The notes beneath the pieces are model-generated. The model was not told the origin of the DNA, did not search any database, and was given only the letters and a program-made list of their open reading frames with translations. This document shows, one piece after another, positions 1 to 11,535 of a DNA stretch of 64,000 nucleotides. The DNA is taken from NCBI RefSeq assembly GCF_018977255.1, contig NW_024704742.1, positions 110,982,001 to 111,046,000 on the forward strand. Direction: 5' to 3'. Numbering within the stretch: the first letter of the stretch is position 1; every line of letters starts with the position of its first letter. A program made the translations under genes and the position numbers. This stretch comes from Callorhinchus milii. Lineage: Eukaryota.

Positions 1-1459
1 CTTTATCTGTCTTTATATCCCACTTGAAGTCTTACATCTTCAATCACATCTATGGGCACCTCTACCTTCGCCCTTGTTCAGTGTCCAACTCTGCCTCTAT
101 ACAGTGCTCCAAGACACTATCTTGCATGAAGGGCACTTTATAAAGTTATTTTCGTTGAAATTTCACTGAACTACTCAGTTGTCCCTTAAAACATTGTGGT
201 TTGGCTAGAATTTATGTTTTGAATTTGTGGTCAAATAACTGAGTCTATCAGGTTTTTTGATTTTTTTTGTCACAGAGTCAAATCTGCTAATATAAATTCT
301 GAAATCAGCGGTGTGCTGATGCTGCACATTTGTGTGTTTGCTAAGCTCAGGTTTTGCCGTTGCAGTCAATATAAAGCAGCTACTTTGTAATATGTAACTT
401 TGTCTTTCTCACCTTATTGCATATAACAAAATACTTGCACTGGGATCGTAATAATAACGATAATCATTATATTTGGTAAAGCGCCTTTCACGTCAGGAGG
501 ATGACTCAAAGAGCTTCACAGGATGTACTTTGAAGTGCAGTGACTGTGTTTTGTGGGCAAACCTGAAATCTAGCAATCTAGTATTTGGGTTTATTGAGTG
601 GCTGCATTAGAATAAAAGAACATTCTTCTCCTAAATATCAGGAAGTTATATGTTAAGGACTGCCTAATTCAGAGGGAACAGGATGTTTTGTGACGGTCTT
701 GAGTCTGTATTGCGGTACACAGTTGTGGCAGCTGAGGACTTTTTGGATTGTTTTCGGGAAGGTTTAGGAGCCAGGTCACAGCGATCCTGTTTGTATTGTT
801 TCACCAAGTTAATGATCCTGGAACAAGAACCAAGCAATTCACACTGGAGCGTTTCCAAACGTATACTGGCAGGGCATTAATACTCTCTACTTTTTCCCTT
901 CATTCTCAATAGCCTTTACCTCATGCGGTTTGGTTAACTGGAATTTCCATTGAAGTGTCAGTCAGTGCGTGCTTCAACAAGGTTAGAAGGTTGACTTGTG
1001 TAAGTCTGAAATTACGGCGCATTTACATAATATGGTTCACATGGGCGATTTATTTGTTGTGAGTTTGTTCAGAGCCTGAGACTTTAAACGCTGGCCAGGG
1101 AGCCTTCACTTGCCTGGAGCTGACTCTGTACATCTGTAAGAACTGGTTTCTCTTTCACTTCTTTTGAGTGCCCATGCTGCTGACACATCACTGGTTAGTT
1201 AGCAGACAGCAGCAGCTGTTATCGTGCTCACACAGCTACACTGTGAACCTCAGCGTGCGACAGCACACAATAGAAAAATAGAGATTATTTCCAAATCGCA
1301 AAGGTAAACCTAATTTTAACCTTGGCTGTAAAGGCCTAATATATTTTGAACACCTTTGAGTTTGGCAACCTGCAGCAAGCATTATGGCTCATATTTTCCA
1401 TAACAAGTCTCTGGGTGCCTCACGAGCAGCTGTAAAAATATTGACTCAAGATTCCTTTT

Positions 1460-1865
1460 CCGTTTTTTGTTCAATTTTCTCTCTGAAATACGCTGACTCA
1501 TGATGGGGGGTACCTTTGGTTTACTGGTAGCACTCCGATGCCTCATTCAAGTGACCTTTATTCATGCATCACTTTTGAGTCAATGTGTCTGGACTTTTTG
1601 TTTGTGGTGGGTGGGTATCAGAACCCAAACCATGTCAATGTCCTCAACTGACATCTACACAAGTACTAATGTACTTCCCAACGGGTGTCACTGAATAATA
1701 GTCAGGATTGAAAAGCCTAGCAGATTATTCTCTTCCCTAGCCCAGGAGCACTGAAGATAATTTGATGAAACCAATTGTAGTGCTTCAACCTCTGCCCAAG
1801 TTAAGAGAAAAAGAAACTCAGGAGCGACTGAAAGTTAACCCTGGGATCCTTCTGGTCCGTTTGCC
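1460..1865 (-). mobile_element. LF-SINE-like relic
   Basis: Reverse complement follows the LF-SINE consensus order as I remember it (CCCAGGGTT...CTACAATTGG...CAGTGCTCCTGGGCTAGGGAAG...CAGTGACACCCGTTGGGAAGT...CATGAGTCAGC...GAGAAAATTG). Confidence 0.7.
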
Positions 1866-2828
1866 TGTATAATACCTGCCAGTCCACTTACTAACTGAGA
1901 TCTCACTAGATTGTTCATGTTTAAAATAAATGTTGTCAGGGCTTTAATCCTCTTGTTTCCTCCCCGGGCACTCTGATCTTCCAGGCCACACACTGCCTGT
2001 GCCTCTTGGGGAAGTGCCAATCCCAGGCCGCTTCGACTGCTGCTTGGAGCTGGCTGCTAGGAGATATACAGTCCTGGCCCAGGGGTAACCTTCATTACAA
2101 ATTTCTTTCTAATATCTCAGCTAGTGGTATGCAAAGTTGTGCTCCCCTCCCCCACCCCCGGGGCAGCATTTGTCGTATCATCCTGCCACACCAACCCCAG
2201 GTTGTTTTTTCCATATCATGTTCCTGGACACTGATGAAAGGTTCCTTTTAAAGAACAGCTTGTCTGCTCTTACTGTGCTCACTTGTGCCTAATCAATCTC
2301 AACATGCAAACTATCTACAAGGGGGAAGAGAGAGAGTGGTGTCTGTGCTCATCTTCTGCTAAGTGATGCTAGTACTTACTTTCAATTAATTCTTCATACA
2401 ACTTGTTACTGGGATGAAAATATCTGCCAGAAATTCAGCAATTTCAAAGTTAGAATGAATTTAAGCATGCCTTTTAACCCTATTAACCCTCAAGATCCCT
2501 TCAACTTTTCACTTAGTTTGATCAAAGAGAACTGATTTTACCAATAATTCATGCATTTGACACAGCACCTTATCACCTCAAACAATTATCAAAGCACATC
2601 AGTTTTACTCTGTAAAGTGTAGTGACTGTGTAACATTCTACAATTGGGGTTCCATTCCCATTTTACGAATGTTTATCTTATAGACCGGTTAGATTGACTT
2701 ATTTTACGCAGTGTAGCGAATATGTTGAATGGTTAAATTCCAGTAGTAACAGTAACATGTACTCTCTGGGGTCTCCAAGCATTGTCTCCAATGAATTCTA
2801 TGCCTAAACTCTGCGGGATTAAGTAGCA

Positions 2829-3730
2829 ACAACAACAAAATTACATTTGTATATTCATGTCAGGAGGGCATCCGAAGGTGCTGGACAATCAGTGTTTCGG
2901 ACCCGAGCTGGAGGTTGGGATCAGGGAGGGTGGAGGGCAGGGGGGGGAAGGAGGGTGATTGAAAGCACGGTGGAGGAGGAGGGTCTTGAGATGGATCTTG
3001 AAGGAGGCAATGGAGGAGGTGAGGTGGATGGACTATGGGATGGAGTTCCAGAGGGTGGGGGCAAAGTGGCTGAAGGCCCACCCATCAATGGTGGGGCGGG
3101 CAAGGCGGGGGACATGAAGCAGGCCGGAACCCGCTGAGCAGAGAGAATGGGCAGGTTGGTAGAGGGTTAGGAGGTTGTAGAGGTAGGGCGAGCAGAGCAG
3201 AAGGCAGAGGGAGCCCTGGTCACAGATGGACAAAATGTTATTTATCACTTTGACCAAAGCTGCTTCTGTGCTGTGGACGGCACAGAAACCCAATTCGAGG
3301 GGTTCATGAAGTGATTAGTGGGAGAGAAAGGAGTGAAGTTGGGAAGCAACAACTGGTTCCAGGCCTTGGAAGGGAAAGAGAGGTTGGAGATGGGGCAGTA
3401 ATTTGAGAGCAGGGCTGGGTCCAGGGAGGGTTTTTTAAGGATAGGAGTGATGATGGCGTTTTTAGAGGGGTGAGAACAGTATCAGTAAACAGGGAGAGGT
3501 TTATGATCACATCATCACTGTGAGTAGAGGGGCAAGGAGGTGGAGCTGGGAGGTAAGAAGAGGGGTAGGGATGGGGTCGAGGGAGCAGTGATTAGTTTCA
3601 TGATTTTTTTTCCAGTGTTGGTAGGCAATGGAGGTGGCTTGGGTAGTGGATGGGAGAGGCATTGAGGAGTTAAGGGAGATGAAGGAATGTTCCGAGATAG
3701 CTTTGTCGGTGATGGTAAGGTCCAAGACCA
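2829..3730 (-). mobile_element. L2 LINE derivative with multiple internal deletions
   Basis: Collinear pieces of the endonuclease end (DLTITDKAISEH), CSLDPIPT, the RT start (HSTEAALVKVINNIL), the C-terminus (RPTIDGWAFSHFAPTLWNSIP) and the (TTG)n tail in ~900 bp. Flanked by AGCA at 2825-2828 and 3731-3734. Confidence 0.8.
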
Positions 3731-6383
3731 AGCAGGCTGCATACATTCAGGGGGAAAGTGTGTCCTCTGTACTAATCAAATGGAAACTATACACATGTGA
3801 AGCTCTCAGCCGTTTGGTTTGAAGATTCTTAAGCATATTGATGCATTTCTGTGTGTATCCTATCCTTTCTACCATTGTAAGTTAGATGGTCTACGACTGC
3901 TACTACTATAGGTACAAAATTTGGGTCATTCCTTAATGATATTTCTTGGTCAACAAATCCAAGAGGGGGATTTATTTTAGTAACTGGACACATGTTGTAC
4001 ATGTGACTACAGTTTCAGTCACCTTTCCTGCTCCCTCCCACCCTCCTCAGTAACCCCCACTCTTCTCAGCACTCCTCCCCCACCTTAGGCTTGGATGCCT
4101 GGTCAGCTGTGTAAAACGCACTTTGACACAGCCACCAAACACGAAAAGCGTCATATAAATGTAAGCTATTGTGATGCCAATGTGAGGGAACCCTGCTCTG
4201 AAAATAATAAAGAAATACAGACAAAATATACGTTTGTGAAAAAGAATGGCAATGTCCTTTTATTAAACTTGATCAGTTAAAGTAATTCTACTTGTTGGAG
4301 GAGTTTGCTGAAAATATATACTTCATGGTATCCTGGATAGTTAGCTTCAGTTGACTAGGTTATAAAAGTCGTGAAATGGATTAGTTGCTACAGGTATTTT
4401 TATTATTCCGAAATTATCTGGAAAAGGGGAATTTCTGTCAGGATGTTGTGCGAATCCAGTTCTTGAGTGGGGAGGCAGCCAGTAATCCATGGTGCAATAG
4501 GGCACGCTATGTACAATCACATAGTACTGGAAGTGACTCATTGTTGAGTCATGAAATTCCAGTCTGCTGTTCTAAAGTGGCCTATCTTTAGGAATGCCTG
4601 AAACCACATCTACGGATTTAGAAGTCTCTCCTGACCAGCTAGTGCACAAGCTGTCATATCCTTTGAACAGATCAGCATACATGTTCCTCATTCATATCCA
4701 GACTTTCAGAATTCAATTTGTCAGAGTTGAAAAGGCTGTGATACTGCTCGATCATGAATACTGCTCTCTGTTTCACATCTGTCACCCTGGGCTAAAGTGA
4801 ATAGCATTGTATTGTTTTCCTGTAATCGGCACAAACAGACTCGAATATCAGGACAATTTATCCCTTAGAAAATGTGGACTAGCATTTGCTCCAGAACAAT
4901 GCTGCGGTCTCAGCACCAAATTGTGTTGGCTAAACCAAAAGTTTTAGACAAAAACATATTACTCAGCAGCTTACAATCTCCCAGTAACAAAGGTTGATAT
5001 GAAAATGAGCGTGTGGCAGGATGTCACTAGGAATTTGTGTCCCGACCTTCAAATCTGTTCATGATCTTGCCCCTCCCTACCTCTGCAGTATTCTCTAGTT
5101 CTACTCACCTGCCGGTAACCTGTCTCTGATCTGCTTCTCTTTCCTCACACCTTCCATCCCATTATCGGCAGCCAAGCCTTCACCAGCCTTCCAATTTCGG
5201 GAACTCTCTCCACGAATCCCCTTGCTTTATGTCTTCGCTCACTGCCTTCAAAACTCTCTTGGCTCAGTTGGTAACACTTTCACCTCTGAATCAAAGATAA
5301 TGAGTTCAAAACCCACTTCAGGACTTTAAGCTCATAGTTTAGGCTGATATTCCTGTGCAGTGGTGAGGGAGTGCTTCATTGTTGCTTCAAATAGCAATTA
5401 TTGCTATAACAAATTAATTCTTTGTTATAGAATTGTTATTCAAATCTTATCTCGTTGATCAAAAAAATGTGAAAGGTTATAGGGATCATGAGGTACTCTC
5501 TGGGCAAAACATGAACTTGTAGAGTGTCAGAGTATCAGGGCTCCAAAATTTCTCATCAATTTAGGCTCAAGACGATTGTTGTCATTCTTGAAACATTTTT
5601 AGTCTTTTGTCAACGTTATGAAACTCCCCCTTGTTTCCTCCCTGCTGGATGATCCCTACCATCATCAAATTACATATTGTGAAATGCTTGGAGGCAATCA
5701 ATCTATATGAAAGATTCTGTATAAGTTATTGTCATGTCTCAAAGCGCCTCACATCACAATTCTCCATTGTGTTCCCAACAATCCCAATAATCAGCAGTAA
5801 CAAAAGGGGAGCATTAACTAGAGATGAAAATAGGAAACATAAGAGGGAGAGTAGAAAACACAAGCTGGTTCTTATCTGACTCAGTTCAAAAGTACCATTG
5901 TTAGAGGTTTGCGAGACGGTCACCTGTGGAATCTCTTTTCATGTGCTGAGCTGCTAAGTGTGTGTGTGGCTAAGTGAGAGTTGGAGAGAGTAAGCAAGGT
6001 CATTCTTATAGAGAAGGTCCTTGGATTTAGCCCATGTTTGATGGTAAATTTAGCAAAGTGTTTTACAAGAGGCGGCTTTAGTAGTTAACAATATTTGCTC
6101 AGCTCCTCTGATAGCCCGGTTATGGGTGAAGGCCAGTGTAGTGTAAGTCATGCAGATCAGAAGGTTGCAGGTTATATATCATTTGATATACTGTAAGAAT
6201 TGATATATATTTAGTTATCCTGATCACTAATTTATCAGAAGAATATTGTTTTCCAAATCAGGATTATCCAAATGTTCCAGATTCATTTGTCATTCACCTC
6301 ACTGCTATTCTGTGAGAACTGGCTGATGCAAATGGCTTCCATGTTTGCCTACAATGACAGTCAATCCACTTGACATTCATTAA

Positions 6384-6706
6384 TTAATAATAATAATATA
6401 ATAATCCTTGCATTTGATATAACGCTTTTCACGTCGGGAGGATATCCCAAAGCACTTCACAGAACACACTAATGTGAATTGACTGTATATTTGTGGGCGA
6501 ACGCGGCAGTCAATTGCGCACAGCAATGTCCCACAAACAGTCGTAGATTGAAAATGACCAATTTGTTATTGTTTTTGGTTTTGGAGGGATTATTATTAGG
6601 CGTGTGGAGTAAGGAAACTTGCCCAAGGTTTCGCCCTGCCTGGAATTGAACCCAGGTGTCTTGCTTGCAAGGCAAGTGCTCTAACTACTGAGCTACAGGA
6701 CTCCAC
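6384..6706 (-). mobile_element. Young tRNA-Ala-derived Deu-domain SINE, short form, full length
   Basis: tRNA-like head with Pol III A/B boxes, CCTTGGGCAAGTTTCCTTAC body, Deu-like core (TGTTTGTGGGACATTGCTGTGCGCAATTG), L2-like tail and (ATT)n. Confidence 0.85.
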
Positions 6707-6805
6707 GACATTGCCCAGCTCCGCAAATGTCTCACACCACAGGCTGCCGAAACCCTCAATCATGCTTTCATTACATACAAATGTAATTTTGTTACTGTTG
6801 TTATT

Positions 6806-8665
6806 TTTGTGTGCTATGGGCAGCATGGAAAACCATTTGGAGGGGTGCATGAAGGGAGTGGTGAGAGAGGAAGTAGAAAAACTGGGAAGCAACGATTCGT
6901 TCCAGAATCTTGGAAAGGAAAAGGAGGTTGGAGGTGGGACGGTAGTTTGAGAGCATCAAATAGTCCAGGGAAAGGATTGGGCGATGATGGCTGTTTTTAA
7001 AGGCGTGGGAATGGTGCCAGTGGACAGAGAGAGGTTTATGATGTTTGTGAGTATAAGGTCAAGGAGGGGGAGCTGGGAGGTAAGAAGAGGGGTAGGGATG
7101 GGTTTGAGCGAGTAGGTGGTCGGTTTCATGCAGGTTATAGTGCTCCCGAACTCCTCCCTCCATAGGCTGCAGATCATCCAGAACTCTGCAGCCCGTGTCC
7201 TCTCCCTCACTAAGCTCCGCGACTCTATCACCCCCATCCTCGCCCAACTCCACTGGCTTCCCATCACACAGAGTATGCAGTTCAAGATCCTGGTCCTCAC
7301 CTTCAAAGCCCTCCATGGTCTTGCTACCCCCTATCTTTGCGACCTGCTAACCTCCTACCATCCTGCTCGCTCCCTCCGCTCAGTGGGTTCTGGCCTGCTT
7401 TATGTCCCCTGCCTCGCTCGACCCACTATTGGCAGGAGGGCCTTCTGCCACTCTGCCCCCACCCTCTGGAACTCCATCCCGCAATCCCTGCACCTTGCCT
7501 CCTCCCTTGCCACCTTCAAGACCAATTTCAAGACCCTCCTCTTCGACTGTGCTTTCGATCTCCTTGCTTCCCCCTGTCCTCCACCCTCCCCAACCCCAAT
7601 CCCGACCCCCAGCTCGGGTCCAGAAATCTATCTGTCCAGTGCCTTGGGACATCTTCCCAATGTGAAAGGCGCTATACAAATGTGATTTTGTTGTTGTTGT
7701 GGCGAGAGAGGAGTTGGAGACAGGTTTAATGGTGTAGAGGGAGGGATGGGTAGGAGTGTGTGAGGGGGAGATGGAGAAGGGTATTAGACAGAAGGGCAGA
7801 GGCAGCTGAGCGGATCCCCAACTTTGGTTTCGAAGAAGTCCAGTATTTGCGATGGAGAAGTGGATGGGCGAGACATGAGAGGGTGGGCGGAGGAGCCGGT
7901 TGGTGATGAAGACGAGGAGCCTGATGTTGTCCTTGGCCTCCAAGATTGTCTTGGAGTAGAAGGACGATTTAGTGGAGGCGAAGGCGGAACGGTAAGATCC
8001 AGCCAGATCTTCCAATGGACTGTTAAGTTGGATTTGAGCCAAGTGCATTCAGTGGATTGCACCTGTGCCTTAAGGGAGTGGAGGTGGTTGGTGTACCAGG
8101 GTGACTTTCGTGAGTAGGAAATGGTTCAGGAAGTGAGGGGAGCAAGGGCATTGAGAGTGATGGAGAGGGAGTTGTGGAGGAGAGTGACCGAGGAGAATAG
8201 GTATTTGCAGGAGGAAGCCCAGAGGGGGAGGAGTTCAGATGACAGTGGAGAGCAGGGGGGGGTGAGGGTGGGATGGGAGTTATTTTACTAGGAGCGATAG
8301 GAGATGGAGGTGGGTTGGGAGGCGGTGGGGAGAGGGATTGAGGAGTTAAGGGAAATTAAGTAATGGTCCGACATGGCTTTGTCAGTGATGGTGAGATCTG
8401 AGATGGTGAAGCCCTGGTGATCACCAGGTCAAGTGGGGACGTGGACATGGGGGAGCGGAGTGGATGTGGAAGGAGAGTTTAGGGAGGAGAGAGGAGGGAG
8501 AAGTCGGCAGAGGTAGAGCAAGAGGGGGTGAAGTGAAGGTTGAAGTCACCTAAGATAAGGAGGCGTTCAGAGCAGAGGGAGTGGGAAGATAGGAGGGTGG
8601 AGATGTCGATGAGGAAGGTGGGGGAGAACTTAGGATGACAATAGATAAGGAGAATTTTGAGGGAA
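6806..8665 (-). mobile_element. Older L2 ORF2 fragment (endonuclease, linker, RT start), split by a younger L2
   Basis: Peptides LLILGDFNLH (APE endonuclease), YRSAFASTKSSFYSKTI and MKPTTYSLKPIPTPLL...IINLSLSTG; frameshifted. Confidence 0.8.
7143..7698 (+). mobile_element. L2 LINE 3' fragment nested in the older L2
   Basis: [12 protein letters not shown]...LHWLPI...FKILVLTFKALHGLA...APTLWNSIP, then 3' stem-loop and (TTG)n; GTG duplicated at 7140-7142 and 7699-7701. Confidence 0.88.
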
Positions 8666-9274
8666 CATTTGGTGGGGTGATAACAACAACAACAACAAGA
8701 TTCCATTTATAGAGCGCCTTTCACGTCGGGAGGACGTCCCAAGGCACTGTATAAAGGATAAGGTGCTAAAAAGAAGCAATTAATTCATGTTTGTTCTGAT
8801 TTGCAGTTGTTACTTTTACTTAATCCGAAACTAGTTGCAACCTTCAAGAATGTTGCCCACACCTTCCTGTGTGTCACATGAATTCAGTGAAATTGGTTCC
8901 AGTGTATGCACTGTACAACCACCTTTAGTATATACATACAAATAAGATGCATGCCTCTGAGAAAGTAACAAGCCAGATCAGAATCAGTAGATAAATATTT
9001 GAGCAAGATCCATCTTTTCACTATTGCTTGAGTTTTACACATTAGTGACCTACTTCACAGCCTCACTCTAAATCAAAATGAACATATTCTGCACCCCCTT
9101 CCTCCCTGCAGCCACTCTATACTCATAATATTTCACCAATTCAGATGATTAAGAGCAGTCATTCTGGTATAAAAATGGGAATTTAAACTCTCACAAACAG
9201 CTGATTCTGCAGTGAGGGGAGAATTGGTCTCCCACTTCAAGATTTTCAAATGACTTTGTTCATTGCATACATTA

Positions 9275-10455
9275 AAATAGAGAATTATATAGAATGTACA
9301 GCACAGAAACAACCCATTCAGCCCAATTGGTCTATCTCAGTGTTCATGTTCCACATGATTCTCCTCCTGCCCTTCCTCAACCAAGCCTATCAGCATAACC
9401 TTCCATTCTATTGGGACGTCCTCCTGACGTGAAAGACACTAAAGAAATGTAATCTTGTTGTTGTTGTTGTATTCCTTTCTGCCTCATGTATGTATCTAGC
9501 TTTGCCTTAAATGCATCTACTTATTTAGTATGCATCTACTTATTTAGTATTTAGTGGAGTCCTGTAGCTCAGTGGTTAGAGCACTCGCTTTGCAAGCGAG
9601 AGACCTGAGTTCAATTCCAGGCAGAGGGCGAAACCTTGGGCAAGTTTCCTTACTCCACACAGAGCCTAATAATAATCCCTCCAAAACCAAAAACAATAAT
9701 AAATTGCTGCGTTCGGCCACAAATATACAGTCAATTCACTTTACAGTGTGTTCTGTGAAGCGCTTTGGGACGTCCTCCCGACGTGAAAAGCGCTATATCA
9801 AATGCAAAGATTATTATTATTATTATTTGCCTCAACTATTTCTCGTGGTAGCAAGTTCTACATTCCCACCACTCTTTGAATAAAGAAGTTTCTTCTGACT
9901 TCCCTATTTATCGGTGACTATTTTATATTCATGGTCCCTGGTTTTGGTCTCCCCCACAAGTGAAAAGATCTTTTCTATGTCTACCCTATCAAAACCTTTC
10001 ATAATTTTAAGGACTTCTATTAGGTCACCCCTCACGCTTTTCTTTTCAAGAGAAAAGAGTACAAGCCTGTTCAGCCTTTCCTAATAGGTTTAACCTTGCA
10101 GTTCCGGTATCAACCTTGTAAATCTCCTTTGTACCTTCTCCAGTGCCTCTATATCCGTTTTACAATACGTGGGCCAGAACTTCCCTGCTTTTCATTTCCA
10201 TCCCTCTAGAAATGAACCCCAACACTTGGTTTGCTTTTTTTAATGCCTTATTAACCTACATCGTTACTTTTAGTAATTTGTGTATCTGTACCCCTAGATC
10301 CCATTCCTCCGCTATCCCATTTAGATTCTTATTTTCCAGCCAGTAGGTGACCTCTTTATTCCTCCTACAAAAATGTACCACCTCACACTTATCTATATTG
10401 AAATTTATTTGCAAAATAAATGCCCATTCAGCAAGTTTATTAATGTCTTGGTTGG
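9275..10455 (-). mobile_element. CR1 LINE 3' fragment carrying a nested SINE and a ~60-bp L2 tail (9411-9470)
   Basis: QDINKLAEWA...FNIDKCEVVHF...DLGVQIH peptide; CR1 3' UTR with an ATAGAA-type tail at the left end. Confidence 0.82.
9554..9826 (+). mobile_element. Young tRNA-Ala SINE, short form with internal Deu-core deletion, nested in CR1
   Basis: Same head and tail as the other copies but jumps from AATAAATTG to CTGCGTTCG. CR1 sequence continues on both sides. Confidence 0.85.
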
Positions 10456-10544
10456 AAATTGTAAGGTGAACCATCATCAATAACCATTCATAAATGTGAT
10501 AGAAACAGTTGATAACAAGAACTCTGTAACATTGGTTTTTCATT

Positions 10545-10798
10545 GAGCCAGGTGCATTCAGTGGCACGCACCTGTGCCTTAAGGGAGCGGAGGTGGCTGG
10601 TGTACCAGGGTGACTTTTGTGAGTAGGAGATGGATCAGGAAGTGAGGGAGCAAGGGCATCGAGAGTGATGGAGAGGGAGTTGCGGAGAAAAGTGACTGAG
10701 GTATTTTCAGGAGGAAGCCCAGAGAGGGAGAAGTTGGAATGGCAGTGGAGAGCGGGGTGGGGTGAGAGAGGGGAGGGGTGGAAGATTTTTTTACTAGG
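10545..10798 (-). mobile_element. Internal L2 fragment homologous to ~8036-8292
   Basis: Direct sequence similarity (GTGCATTCAGTGG...CACCTGTGCCTTAAGGGAG...TTTTACTAGGA). Confidence 0.7.
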
Positions 10799-11164
10799 AC
10801 ATTCTGTGAAGCGCTTTGAGACATCTTGAAGATGTAAAAAGTGCTATATCAAATGCAAGGATTATTATTATAATTATTGATTGGGCCTATAGCTGCCCAC
10901 AATGACCTTTGCAGTTTCCGCCCACAGTGCACATTATTGCACTATTGAAGCGCTGGTTAGCCACATTTGGTGGTTTGCAGCATCTCTTGTCAGTAGGCAA
11001 TGACAGCAGCGTAAAAGCAGGGCACCTGCCACTGCTACAGCGATGATGGGCATTAATGGAGGATAGGAAATAACAATAGAAAATAAAAAGGTGGAACTTA
11101 TCTGAATACCTCCCTTAAAAATAAAGTGAAAAATATCTCCACAACGGAAGATAAAACTCCAACG

Positions 11165-11535
11165 CAATACAATTACAATATAATTTACATTTATATAGTA
11201 CCTTTCACGTCAGGAGTACATCCTAAAGTACATGGAGAGTCTTAGCTGGGCACCCAAGCGGGGGGTGGGAGCCAAAGGAGTGGGGAGGGGAAAGATGAGT
11301 CAAAGCAAATGGTTTGAGACATGCCTTGAAACAATGGAGGAAGGGAGTGAATCAGAGGGATGGATTTCCAAAGAGGACATGAAGCAGGCAGGTGCTTGGT
11401 GATTGAAGGGAGGGCCCAGCTGGTAGAGTTGAAGGAGGTTCACAGAGGTAGGATGGGGCGAGATCATGCAGTGATTTAAAGGTGAGAATGAGGATCTTGA
11501 ACTCGATCTGCTGGGTGATGGGGAGTTAGGCATCC
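11165..11535 (-). mobile_element. Old L2 3' fragment (similar relics at ~4020-4170 +, ~5045-5260 +, ~61840-62075 +)
   Basis: Decayed tail plus GAGGATCTTGAACTCGATCTGC (FKIL region). Confidence 0.6.

Noticed and set aside
664..880. Overlapping 64-65 aa ORFs
   Set aside because: No recognisable homology, a stop closely upstream of the minus-strand ORF, and no exon context.
6806..7700. Twin-priming inversion of an L2
   Set aside because: Better explained as a nested insertion, because the flanking minus-strand L2 rejoins in frame.
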